The position numbers and the translations under genes were made by a program. From NCBI GenBank assembly GCA_965205655.1, contig CBDBIJ010000076.1, forward strand, positions 1 to 31,158: a stretch of 31,158 nucleotides of DNA. The letters are read 5' to 3'. Below the pieces are notes generated by a model. That model ran no database searches, was not told where the DNA came from, and saw nothing but the letters and a program-made list of their open reading frames with translations. This stretch comes from Candidatus Latescibacterota bacterium (GTDB taxonomy: Bacteria; Latescibacterota; UBA2968; UBA8231). Of the stretch, positions 1 through 8,429 are shown one piece after another (the stretch's first letter is position 1; every line of letters begins with the position of its first letter).

Positions 1-441
1 TTCGAGTTTCCGTTCACCGTCAGCGGGCACGATGTGCTGGGACTTTCCGTCTTCCTCATCGGCTACTTCGACTCGTACAGCGAGGAGTCGATCGGAACAT
101 TCTACACCGATGGGGCTCACCTGTCCCGCAGCGACGGAGAGCACGGCAGCGGCTGTGCCATCGACATGAACATATGGCTCGCCCCGTTCGATCTGGGAGT
201 AAGCCAGCACGTGCAGATCAGGGCGGTACCGGAGGAGGAGGTGAGCATCTACTCCGTGACGTTGGATATTCAACGGTTGAGTGGAGAGGACGCCTCCTGG
301 CGGCGGGTGAACCAGCGATTCATGAACGTCATTCGAAAACAGTTTCTCATCTGGCGCACAGTGGAAAGCGAGGCCAAGGAGGCCTACCAGAAGCAGGGCA
401 AGGAGCTGCTCGCTGGAACCAGGTCAGAAGTGACCGCGTAG
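1..441 (+). CDS. 3' end (partial) of a large membrane protein, probably an FtsX-like permease-family protein
   Basis: Frame 1 is open from base 1 (FEFPFTVSGHDVLG...) to TAG at 439-441. The motifs LAPFDLGVSQ and RLSG...W.R.N..F...IRKQFLIWR resemble, from memory, the C-termini of large FtsX-like proteins found next to OPT-like genes. Confidence 0.55.
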   Translation, partial: FEFPFTVSGHDVLGLSVFLIGYFDSYSEESIGTFYTDGAHLSRSDGEHGSGCAIDMNIWLAPFDLGVSQHVQIRAVPEEEVSIYSVTLDIQRLSGEDASWRRVNQRFMNVIRKQFLIWRTVESEAKEAYQKQGKELLAGTRSEVTA

Positions 442-474
442 ACGCGGAGGTCGAGGCGAGAAGAGAGGGATCAG

Positions 475-2874
475 TTGCTGAGTCTCAGAAAATCGGATCC
501 GAATCAGGAGCTGGAAGAGTACCGCGCATTGATGGACACGCCGTCCTCGTTCGAGAACGGCTTTACCAGCAAGTCCATCGTCGGTGTGCTGTTCGTCGCC
601 TTCATCATGATTCCGGGGAACATGTACCTGTCCCTCATGGTGGGCGGGTCCCTCGGAGCGGCGGCAGAGTGGGTCACCATCATCCTGTTCGCGGAAATAA
701 CCAAGCGCTCCTTCACATCGCTGTCGCGTCAGGAAGTCTACGTCCTCTACTATGTTGCGGCGGGCCTGATCGCGGCTGAAACAGGCGCTTTCGAGGGCTT
801 GCTGTGGAATCAGTATCTGCGCCAGTCGCCGGCGGCCCAACAATTCGGCATGGCCCACATGTTCCCCAACTGGTGGGCGCCGCCGCTCGACTCGCCCGCG
901 ATTCTCGCCCGCACCTTCCTCCATTCCGACTGGGTGCTGCCAATCTGCGTCCTCGTGGCGGGCATGGTCGTTTCCAGACTCTCGTGGTTCACAGTCGCGT
1001 ACGCGCTCTTCAGGGTCAATTCCGACTACGAGCGCCTGCCCTTCCCGTACGCTCCGGTAGCCGCACAGGGGGCGATGGCGCTGGCGGAGAGCTCACAAGG
1101 CGTCGAGACGTGGCGCTGGCGCGTGTTTTCAGCCGGAGCAATGATCGGCCTCGTGTTCGGCGCCATCTACGTCGCCATTCCCGCCATCAGCGGGGCTTTG
1201 CTCACCGAGCCGGTCCAGCTCATTCCGATTCCGATGATCGATTTCACCACGGTGACGGGCAATTTCATTCCGGCGACTCCCCTCGGCTTCACAGCCCATC
1301 TGGGACCGATCTTCACCGGTATGGTGATGCCGTTCTGGGGTGTTATGGGAACGTTCATCGGGATTGTCGTCATCTCCGTGGCCAATCCGATTCTCTACAA
1401 CTACGGCATTCTGGAGATCTGGCAGCCCGGCATGGGGGCCATCGACACGTTCTTCATGAACAGTGTCGATTTCTGGATGAGCTTCGGCATCGGAGCGGCC
1501 GCAGCGGTGGCAGTGATCGGCGTTTATCAATTGATAAAGAATCTACTCAGCGCGCGAGCGGTGAGGATGAGCGGGGGTGAGAAGCGCTCGTGGGAGACCC
1601 CGGCAGGTCGGGGGGATTTCCCGATCTGGGGCGCTGTCGGCCTCTACCTGCTGGCCACAACCTCCCTCCTCGTCATCGCTCTGATTCTCATCCCAGACGC
1701 CGAGCGATTCGTCTGGTTTTTCCTGTTTTTCGGGTTGATCTTCACGCCCCTGCAGTCCTTCGTGGACGCGCGCCTCGTGGGCATGGTAGGTCAGACGATA
1801 TCGGTGCCATTCGTGCGCGAGACGGCCATCCTGCTGTCCGGCTATCCCGGCGTCGAGATCTGGTTCGTCCCGTTCCCGCTGAACAACTACGGCGCTCAAA
1901 CGCAAAAGTTCCGGGAGATCGAGCTGACGGGGACAAAGTTCACGAGCATCATCAAGGCCGAAGTCGTGATGGTGCCCGTCGTGTTGATATCGACTTTTCT
2001 GTATTCATCGTATATCTGGAAGCTGGCGCCGGTGCCCTCGGCATCCTATCCCTATGCCCAGGTCATGTGGCGGCTGCGTGCATTGCAAACGTGCCTGTGG
2101 TTTACGGGTACCCTGCGCAGCGAGAAGCAGGAGCATGCGGGCAAACCGGGAATGACATGGACCCCCTCGAACCTTGTGGGCAATACGTGGTGGTACTGGC
2201 GCGCCAGAGCGGCCGACAAAAAATGGATCGAGTCGGGGGGTGAGCGCGGGGAGGCGGGTCCGTGGACGGAAAACCGGGCGCTGTTCGTACACACGGAGGA
2301 CGGAGAGCCACAGTACATTCCCGAGCACCCGCCAGGCGCGTTCGGCAGCTCCGTCGAGGAGTCGACGGGACCGGGGCTGAGTATCGTCTCACCACCCGCG
2401 GACGTAGGTCTCGTGCGCACGCCGAGGCCTCAGCTGACGGTCAAGTCGGCTCAGGTTCTGCCCGAGGGGTGGGAGTACTTCTTCGCCGTGGACACGGATC
2501 CGAACTTCGCGAGTCCGTGGATCCAGAACTCTTCCGATGAATCGTGGCTGTTCAGGGCTCTCAAGCCGGGCGTCATCGCCATCGGCGGCGTCGCCATGCT
2601 CTTGCTCTACACAGCGCTGTCCATCGTAGGCCTGCCGATCCTGATCATGTTCGGATTCGTTCGCGCCTTAACGTCCGTTCCGCACTTCATGATCACGGAG
2701 ATCATCGGCGCACTCCTGGCGCGCTACTACTTCTGGAACAAGTACGGCAAACAGGAGTGGCGTACCTACGCGCCGGTGCTCGCTGTCGGGTTCGCCTGTG
2801 GCATGGCGCTGACGGGGATGGGCGCCATCTCCATCGCTCTCATCCAGAAGTCTGTGTCAGTACTGATATTCTAG
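475..2874 (+). CDS. OPT-superfamily-like ('peptide transporter') polytopic membrane protein with an inserted Ig/FN3-like domain, copy 1
   Basis: 799-aa ORF with many hydrophobic helices and a YERLPFP motif. TTG start preceded by AGAGGGA. Soluble insert at about 2110-2540. Confidence 0.7.
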   Translation: MLSLRKSDPNQELEEYRALMDTPSSFENGFTSKSIVGVLFVAFIMIPGNMYLSLMVGGSLGAAAEWVTIILFAEITKRSFTSLSRQEVYVLYYVAAGLIAAETGAFEGLLWNQYLRQSPAAQQFGMAHMFPNWWAPPLDSPAILARTFLHSDWVLPICVLVAGMVVSRLSWFTVAYALFRVNSDYERLPFPYAPVAAQGAMALAESSQGVETWRWRVFSAGAMIGLVFGAIYVAIPAISGALLTEPVQLIPIPMIDFTTVTGNFIPATPLGFTAHLGPIFTGMVMPFWGVMGTFIGIVVISVANPILYNYGILEIWQPGMGAIDTFFMNSVDFWMSFGIGAAAAVAVIGVYQLIKNLLSARAVRMSGGEKRSWETPAGRGDFPIWGAVGLYLLATTSLLVIALILIPDAERFVWFFLFFGLIFTPLQSFVDARLVGMVGQTISVPFVRETAILLSGYPGVEIWFVPFPLNNYGAQTQKFREIELTGTKFTSIIKAEVVMVPVVLISTFLYSSYIWKLAPVPSASYPYAQVMWRLRALQTCLWFTGTLRSEKQEHAGKPGMTWTPSNLVGNTWWYWRARAADKKWIESGGERGEAGPWTENRALFVHTEDGEPQYIPEHPPGAFGSSVEESTGPGLSIVSPPADVGLVRTPRPQLTVKSAQVLPEGWEYFFAVDTDPNFASPWIQNSSDESWLFRALKPGVIAIGGVAMLLLYTALSIVGLPILIMFGFVRALTSVPHFMITEIIGALLARYYFWNKYGKQEWRTYAPVLAVGFACGMALTGMGAISIALIQKSVSVLIF

Positions 2875-2878
2875 GGCT

Positions 2879-3100
2879 GTGAAAGTAGCGGCGTGGGCGG
2901 ATTTCGGCTGGCAGGTCGACTACGTCAGCGTTTCCGTCTACCGTTCCTTCGGCATGACCTCCCTGTCAGGCATGGCGAACTTGTTTATCCCCATCCTCGA
3001 TCGCGACCCTTGGCGCACGGTGGACGCTGAGGCGAAGGAATCCTACCACATGCAGGGCGAAGAAACTCGGTCGGGGGTGCGCACGGAGGTGACAGCGTAA
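2879..3100 (+). pseudogene. Chimeric duplication-junction remnant (73-codon ORF)
   Basis: 2893-2915 is identical (23 bp) to 5553-5575. 3011-3100 is a diverged, colinear copy of 352-441 (WRTVDAEAKESYHMQGEETRSGVRTEVTA vs WRTVESEAKEAYQKQGKELLAGTRSEVTA). Confidence 0.8.
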
Positions 3101-3101
3101 G

Positions 3102-5507
3102 GTGCTCTGGCGAAGAAAGACAAACCCGAATCAGGAAATCGAGGAGTACCGGAACCTCCTCGAGACTCCGAGCGAGTATCACGACGGCTTCACGCTAAAG
3201 GTCTTTCTCGGCGTCCTCTTCGTGGCCTTCATCATGATTCCGGGGAACATGTACCTCTCCCTCATGGTGGGCGGCTCGCTCGGGGCAGCAGCCGAGTGGG
3301 TCACCATCATTCTCTTCGCCGAAATCACCAAGCGCTCCTTTACGTCGTTGAGCCGTCAGGAAGTCTACGTCCTCTACTACGTCGCCGCTGGGCTCATCGC
3401 CGCCGAGACGGGATCTTTCGAAGGCCTTCTTTGGAACCAGTACCTGAGGCAGTCGCCGGCGGCCAAGCAGTTCGGCATCGCCAATCTCATTCCCGACTGG
3501 TTTGCGCCACCGCTCGAATCGGCCGCCGTGTTGAACCGCACGTTCCTGCACACCGACTGGATCATGCCCATCCTCCTCATGCTGGCTGGCGTGGTCATCT
3601 CCAGGGTGTCCTGGTTCACCATGGCGTACGCCCTGTTCCGGGTCAGTTCCGACCACGAACGACTGCCATTTCCCTTCGCCCCCGTGGCCGCCCAGGGCGC
3701 CACTGCCCTGGCCGAAACCACGCAGGGGATCGACTCGTGGAGATGGCGAGTGTTCTCGGCCGGGGCGATGATCGGCATCGTCTTCGGCACATTGTACGTT
3801 GCCATACCGGCCATCTCGGGGGCGCTGTTCACGCAACCGGTGACACTCATCCCCATTCCGTTCGTCGACCTCACGCACATCACTGGGAATTTCATCCCGG
3901 CCACGCCCCTCGGGTTTACGGCCCACCTGGGGCCCATTTTCGCCGGCCTCGTCATGCCCTTCTGGGGCGTGATGGGGACCTTTATCGGCCTCGTGGCCCG
4001 CTCCGTGGCCAACCCCCTGCTCCACGAGTACGGCTACCTCGATCTCTGGCAGCCCGGCATGGGCGCCATCGAGACCTTTTTTGTCAACAGCATCGATTTC
4101 TGGATGAGCTTCGGGCTGGGCACGACGGCCGCCATCGCCGTCATCGGCCTGTGGCAGGTATTTCAGGGATTACGGAAGGCCCGCGCGACGCGCCAGGAGG
4201 ACACGCGATCGGGCTGGGCGCCACCGCCGCCGGGCCGCGGTGATTTTCCGGTGTGGTCGGCCATCGGCCTCTACTGCGTGGTCACGGCGGGTCTCATCGC
4301 CATCGCCTGGGCCCTGCTGCCGGACTTCGACCGTGCCCGGTTCCTCATGTTCTTCCTGTTCTTCGGCTTCGTCCTCACTCCCTTTCAGTCATTCGTGAAT
4401 GCCCGCCTGGTCGGCATGGTCGGCCAGACCATCGAGATCCCCTACGTGAAGGAGTCGACGATAATCCTGTCCGGGTATCAGGGTGTCGCCATCTGGTTTA
4501 TTCCGTTCCCTCTCGGCAACTACGGAGCGCAGACGCAGAAGTTCCGCGAGATCGAGCTCACGGGGACGAAATTCACCAGCATCATCAAGGCCGAAGTCGT
4601 GATGGTGCCGATCGTGCTGTTAGCCACCTTTCTCTATTCGTCCTACATCTGGAAACTCGCTCCCGTGCCGTCGGCATCATATCCGTACGCCCAGGTCATG
4701 TGGCGCCTGCGCGCACTGCAGACCTGCATCTGGTTCACCGGGACGCTGCGCGGCGAGATGACCGAGACGCCGGACCGGATGAGCGCCACGTGGACGCCGG
4801 CCAGCCTCGCGGGCGACAGATTGTGGTACTGGCGCGTGCGCGCCGCCGACAGCGAGTGGTTGACGTCGTGGGGAGAGCGGGGCGAGGCCGGTCCGTGGTC
4901 CCAGAAGCGGGCGTTCTACGCCCATTACGGGGAGGGCGAGCCCGAGTCGCTTCCCGAGTTCCCGTCCGGCGCCCTCGACTCCGAACCGGAGATCGCGGCC
5001 GGACCCGCGGTCAGCGCTGTGGCGGACGGCGCTGTGTCCGGTATTCTCCGGGACGACACACCGAGTCTGAGGGCCAGGGCCGAGCGAGCCCTGCCGAAGG
5101 GCTGGGTGTACTACTTCGCCGTCGACGCGGACCCGAATTTCCGCAGTCCGTGGATTCAGCGCTCTACCGACGAGCCGTGGTTGTTCCGCGCCATAAAAAA
5201 GAACATCATCTTTCTCGGGGTTGGTGTCGGTTTGGGCAGCTACATCATCCTGTCGTTTCTGGGGCTGCCGATCCTGCTCATATTCGGCTACGTGAGGGCT
5301 CTCACGACAATTCCTCACTATATGATCACCGAAGTCATAGGGGCTCTACTGGCGCGCTACTATTTCTGGAACAAGTACGGCAAGCAGCAATGGCGTCTGT
5401 ACGCGCCAGTGCTCGCCGTCGGCTTCGCCTGCGGCATGGCACTGATGGGGATGGCCGCCATCTCCATCGCCCTCATCCAGAAATCGGTGTCTAATTTAGT
5501 ATTCTGA
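3102..5507 (+). CDS. OPT-superfamily-like membrane transporter with an inserted Ig/FN3-like domain, copy 2 (paralogue of 475-2874)
   Basis: 801-aa ORF colinear with copy 1, with long identical peptide blocks (e.g. FIMIPGNMYLSLMVGGSLGAAAEWVTIILFAEITKRSFTSLSRQEVYVLYYVAAGLIAAETG). Confidence 0.7.
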   Translation: MLWRRKTNPNQEIEEYRNLLETPSEYHDGFTLKVFLGVLFVAFIMIPGNMYLSLMVGGSLGAAAEWVTIILFAEITKRSFTSLSRQEVYVLYYVAAGLIAAETGSFEGLLWNQYLRQSPAAKQFGIANLIPDWFAPPLESAAVLNRTFLHTDWIMPILLMLAGVVISRVSWFTMAYALFRVSSDHERLPFPFAPVAAQGATALAETTQGIDSWRWRVFSAGAMIGIVFGTLYVAIPAISGALFTQPVTLIPIPFVDLTHITGNFIPATPLGFTAHLGPIFAGLVMPFWGVMGTFIGLVARSVANPLLHEYGYLDLWQPGMGAIETFFVNSIDFWMSFGLGTTAAIAVIGLWQVFQGLRKARATRQEDTRSGWAPPPPGRGDFPVWSAIGLYCVVTAGLIAIAWALLPDFDRARFLMFFLFFGFVLTPFQSFVNARLVGMVGQTIEIPYVKESTIILSGYQGVAIWFIPFPLGNYGAQTQKFREIELTGTKFTSIIKAEVVMVPIVLLATFLYSSYIWKLAPVPSASYPYAQVMWRLRALQTCIWFTGTLRGEMTETPDRMSATWTPASLAGDRLWYWRVRAADSEWLTSWGERGEAGPWSQKRAFYAHYGEGEPESLPEFPSGALDSEPEIAAGPAVSAVADGAVSGILRDDTPSLRARAERALPKGWVYYFAVDADPNFRSPWIQRSTDEPWLFRAIKKNIIFLGVGVGLGSYIILSFLGLPILLIFGYVRALTTIPHYMITEVIGALLARYYFWNKYGKQQWRLYAPVLAVGFACGMALMGMAAISIALIQKSVSNLVF

Positions 5508-5512
5508 AAGCT

Positions 5513-5557
5513 GTGGAAGTCAGAGAGTGGGTCTAAAAGTGGAAATCAGAGAGTGGG
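5513..5557 (+). repeat. Short direct repeat, 19 bp, 18/19 identical, 26-bp period
   Basis: gtggaagtcagagagtggg (5513-5531) and gtggaaatcagagagtggg (5539-5557). Confidence 0.8.
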
Positions 5558-6570
5558 CGGATTTCGGCTGGCAGGGAGTGTGCCTTCAGGTGCCGGAGGA
5601 GTGGAACCTGGGCAAGGTGGACGGGACCCGCAAAAGCGGCTACGCGCGGCTGGACGACGCCGAAATCGTGCGCATGGAGGTCGAGTGGAGGGAGGCCCCG
5701 GCAGGACGGCGGCTGCCGATCCCGGAGCTGGTCGATCGATATCTCCGCACGCTCGAGAAAAAGGCACAGAAGTCGGATGTCTCCTTCACGGTGCGACGGC
5801 GGGCGAAGTTTCTGAAGGATAAGCGCTGGCTCGAGAATTCTGAATACGAGACCTTCGTCTGGGAGGCCGACTACCGGGCCTACAATCTCGCCCGAGCCTG
5901 CGGCGAATGCGGCCGCATCGTGCTACTCCGGGTTCTGGCGAGGCGGGACGAGAGCCTCGAGGATCTGGCGGGAGAGATCTTCGAGACCCTTCGGGACCAC
6001 TCTCACGAGGGTCGTGAACACTGGAGCGTATACGGGCTCACCTTCGAAATCCCGGACGACTACTCCCTCGAGCGCCACGAGCTCAAATCGGGCAACATTC
6101 AGCTCACCTTCGAAAAAAAGAACCACGAGTGTCGCATTCAGCGGCTGAGCATGGCTCAGATGCTGCTGAAGGGAACGACGCTGCCCGAATGGTATCCTCG
6201 CTTCTTCCGCAAGCAGCTCAGGGATTTCAACTGCGAGATCGAAGAGAGCGAAGAAGCCGCACCCGGTCACGGCGGACTGAGAGTCATGGGCAAGCCGCGG
6301 AGTCGATGGCGCCAGATCCTGCGACCGCTGCCGCTCGTCAACACGCGTCCGCGGCGCCACCTCGACGGCCGGGTGTGGCACTGTGTTGAGGGAAACAAGA
6401 TCTGCATCGCCGAGCATCTCTACGGCAAGAAGGACGAACAAGGCGACGTCACGCAACATCTGACTGAAGCATATGTTTGCCACCGGCAAGAAACCGAAGC
6501 TGAGTCGCGAAGCGATGCTGAGTTCGCGCCCGGCGCGCAACGACCTGCTGACGTGGGAAAAGAACGATAG
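5539..6570 (+). CDS. Soluble hypothetical protein with two similar halves (possibly PsbP/Mog1-like fold)
   Basis: ORF 5527-6570. GTG at 5539 is preferred because it aligns with the remnant start at 2879. The motif FGWQGVCLQVPEEWNL recurs as WSVYGLTFEIPDDYSL. Confidence 0.7.
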   Translation: MEIREWADFGWQGVCLQVPEEWNLGKVDGTRKSGYARLDDAEIVRMEVEWREAPAGRRLPIPELVDRYLRTLEKKAQKSDVSFTVRRRAKFLKDKRWLENSEYETFVWEADYRAYNLARACGECGRIVLLRVLARRDESLEDLAGEIFETLRDHSHEGREHWSVYGLTFEIPDDYSLERHELKSGNIQLTFEKKNHECRIQRLSMAQMLLKGTTLPEWYPRFFRKQLRDFNCEIEESEEAAPGHGGLRVMGKPRSRWRQILRPLPLVNTRPRRHLDGRVWHCVEGNKICIAEHLYGKKDEQGDVTQHLTEAYVCHRQETEAESRSDAEFAPGAQRPADVGKER

Positions 6571-6907
6571 CGGCGAGGCCAGGATCACGGTCACCCGCCA
6601 GGACAACTGGAGGGTGCGGCTGCTCTCGAAGGTGTTCTACGTACCGAAAGAGCGCACCATCACCCTGGACGAGGTGGGCTCGATGGTATGGCAGATGTGT
6701 AATGGGCGCACGACGGTGTCGCAGATGATCGAGGGCCTCAGCAAGGAGTACAAACTCGATCGCAAAGAGGCGGAAGTTTCCCTGCTATCTTACCTCAAAA
6801 CTCTGGGGCAGAAGCGCTTCATCGGCTTTGTTCTCGAAGGCGAGACATCACAGCAGGGACAATCGAAGGGCGGGAAGGGATCGGCGAGCGGCAAGAAGTG
6901 GGAATAG
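6473..6907 (+). CDS. PqqD-family (RiPP recognition element-like) protein
   Basis: TITLDEVGSMVWQMCNGRTTVSQMIEGLSKEYKLDRKEAEVSLLSYLKTL matches the PqqD winged-helix pattern. Confidence 0.8.
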   Translation: MFATGKKPKLSREAMLSSRPARNDLLTWEKNDSGEARITVTRQDNWRVRLLSKVFYVPKERTITLDEVGSMVWQMCNGRTTVSQMIEGLSKEYKLDRKEAEVSLLSYLKTLGQKRFIGFVLEGETSQQGQSKGGKGSASGKKWE

Positions 6908-6924
6908 GACTATTCTACCGGAAA

Positions 6925-6968
6925 ACAAAAAAAGGGGCGGCCTTCCCTGGCCGTCCCCTTTTTTTTGT
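6925..6968. terminator. Bidirectional rho-independent terminator
   Basis: A7-ggggcggcc-ttccct-ggccgtcccc-T8, lying between convergent genes. Confidence 0.9.
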
Positions 6969-7023
6969 AGCCGTCGGTCGCGACGGCCGTCGACCGCGAC
7001 CGGCGATCGACGGGTGTAGTTCT

Positions 7024-8187
7024 TTACTGCAGCAGCGCCAGGGCCTGTTGAGGCACGGCGTTGGCTTGGGCCAGCATAGCCGTGGCGGCCTGGGACAACA
7101 CCTGCGCTCTTGTGAATTGAGAGACTTCTTCGGCGATGTCCGCGTCGCTGATCGAGCTCTCCGAATTCTGGATGTTCTCGATCGAGTTCTCGGTGAAGGA
7201 GATGGTGAAAGCAAGGCGGTTCATGAAGGCACCGAGATCGCCACGCTGGTGGGACACCTTGTCGATCGCCTGGTCGATCTGAGCGATCGACCCACGCGCC
7301 GAAAGCAGGGTGGCCACCGAGGTCGTGTTCAGGTTCAGCCTCGGACCGCTGGCCCGCATGTCGTCGATGTTGACCTCGATGCGGTTGTTGATACCGTCGT
7401 CGGGACCGACCTGGAACGAGCCGCCGGTGCCCGCGGTGACGATGATCGTCTGACCGTTCAACTCACCGTCGACGTAACTGCCCGTGGCGCCCCCGACGTT
7501 GCTTCCGGCGAGGGTAACCTGGACCCCGAGTCGATCGAAGTTCGCCACCACCGTCGTGCCGGTAGCAACATTGAGGCTGGTGTCGAGAATCTGGCCGATA
7601 TCGATAGTCTGCGAGACGATACCGTTACCGAGTGTGATCTCGGCGTCGTTGCCGGTGTCGATGAAGGTGTAGGTGCCCGAGGAGGCGCCCGATATTTTGA
7701 CGCCGTTGACGCCACTCACGTTGCTGGCGGTGACCGTCGTGGAGGCATCGTCGATGGTGTTGCCGAAGCCGGTGAGAATGACCTGATCGTTGTAGGTCGA
7801 GGACAGGGTAATCCGGTCGATTTCCTGGATGAGCTGGGTAAACTCGGCCTGGATCGATTCGCGGTTCAGGTCGTTGACGGTGCTGGAGGCGGACTGTACC
7901 GTCAGCTCTCGCATGCGGATCAGCATGGCGCTGATCTCGTTGAGGGATCCCTCGGCGACCTGGAGGAGGTTGGTGCCCTGCTCAGCGTTGAGAACACTCT
8001 GCTTCAAGCCGCTGATTTCGGCCCGCATCCCTTCGCGGACCGACAGGCCAGCTGCATCATCGGCGGCTCGATTAATCCGCAATCCCGACGAGAGGCGCTC
8101 CAACCGGACCCCGAGATCTCGGAAGTTAGCACCCATCCGTCTGCGGGCGTTCATCGCCGCAATGTTATGATTTATCCGTAGTGGCAT
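7024..8187 (-). CDS. fliC: Flagellin
   Basis: N-terminal RINHNIAA...ERLSSGLRINRAADDAAGL and C-terminal RGDLGAFMNRL...ISDADIAEEVSQFTRAQVLSQAATAMLAQAN. SD AAGGAGG. Confidence 0.97.
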   Translation of the reverse strand: MPLRINHNIAAMNARRRMGANFRDLGVRLERLSSGLRINRAADDAAGLSVREGMRAEISGLKQSVLNAEQGTNLLQVAEGSLNEISAMLIRMRELTVQSASSTVNDLNRESIQAEFTQLIQEIDRITLSSTYNDQVILTGFGNTIDDASTTVTASNVSGVNGVKISGASSGTYTFIDTGNDAEITLGNGIVSQTIDIGQILDTSLNVATGTTVVANFDRLGVQVTLAGSNVGGATGSYVDGELNGQTIIVTAGTGGSFQVGPDDGINNRIEVNIDDMRASGPRLNLNTTSVATLLSARGSIAQIDQAIDKVSHQRGDLGAFMNRLAFTISFTENSIENIQNSESSISDADIAEEVSQFTRAQVLSQAATAMLAQANAVPQQALALLQ

Positions 8188-8188
8188 T

Positions 8189-8276
8189 CGATACCTCCTT
8201 GTATCGTGCTATCGATCTCTTCCTTGACATATAACCTGTTGTAAAATAATTAGGTTATATCTGTTTTCGGCTCCTT
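8189..8276 (-). promoter_or_regulatory. Flagellin leader with putative CsrA sites
   Basis: Perfect hairpin CGATAC-AAGGAG-GTATCG (8206-8189) places the SD GGA in the loop. Further AAGGA motifs at 8225-8221 and 8276-8272. Confidence 0.6.
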
Positions 8277-8352
8277 CTCAGCAATTGGTAGGTGTTACAA
8301 TGAAACGTAACTACATGATATGACTCGATACTGCTTAGTAATTCTACGCCTA

Positions 8353-8380
8353 CTATCGACGAACTTGATGAGTTCCTTTA
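8353..8380 (-). promoter_or_regulatory. Putative sigma-28 (FliA/SigD) promoter of the flagellin gene
   Basis: Minus strand reads TAAA-N16-GTCGATAG against the consensus TAAA-N15/16-GCCGATAA/T, in an AT-rich intergenic region. Confidence 0.65.
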
Positions 8381-8429
8381 GGATTTTCTACGGATTTGCC
8401 CCATCACGTGGTGGCTCCAGAGGAGGCAG

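Noticed and set aside
2879..3100. 73-aa ORF as a RiPP precursor for the PqqD/RRE protein
   Set aside because: Both ends are copies of neighbouring genes, so it is better explained as a duplication scar.
6970..7006. Second GC-rich hairpin next to the terminator as a REP element or ncRNA
   Set aside because: It occurs once in the window and is adequately explained as 3' UTR structure of the flagellin transcript.
6898..8181. 427-aa plus-strand ORF opposite the flagellin, and similar long antisense or alternative-frame ORFs (e.g. 9296-10534, 4253-5494, 14299-15255, 25698-26627)
   Set aside because: These are shadow ORFs expected in high-GC DNA. They overlap well-supported genes and show no recognisable motifs.
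8224..8252. Plus-strand TTGACA as a sigma-70 promoter for the 8430 gene
   Set aside because: There is no good -10 hexamer at 16-18 bp spacing.
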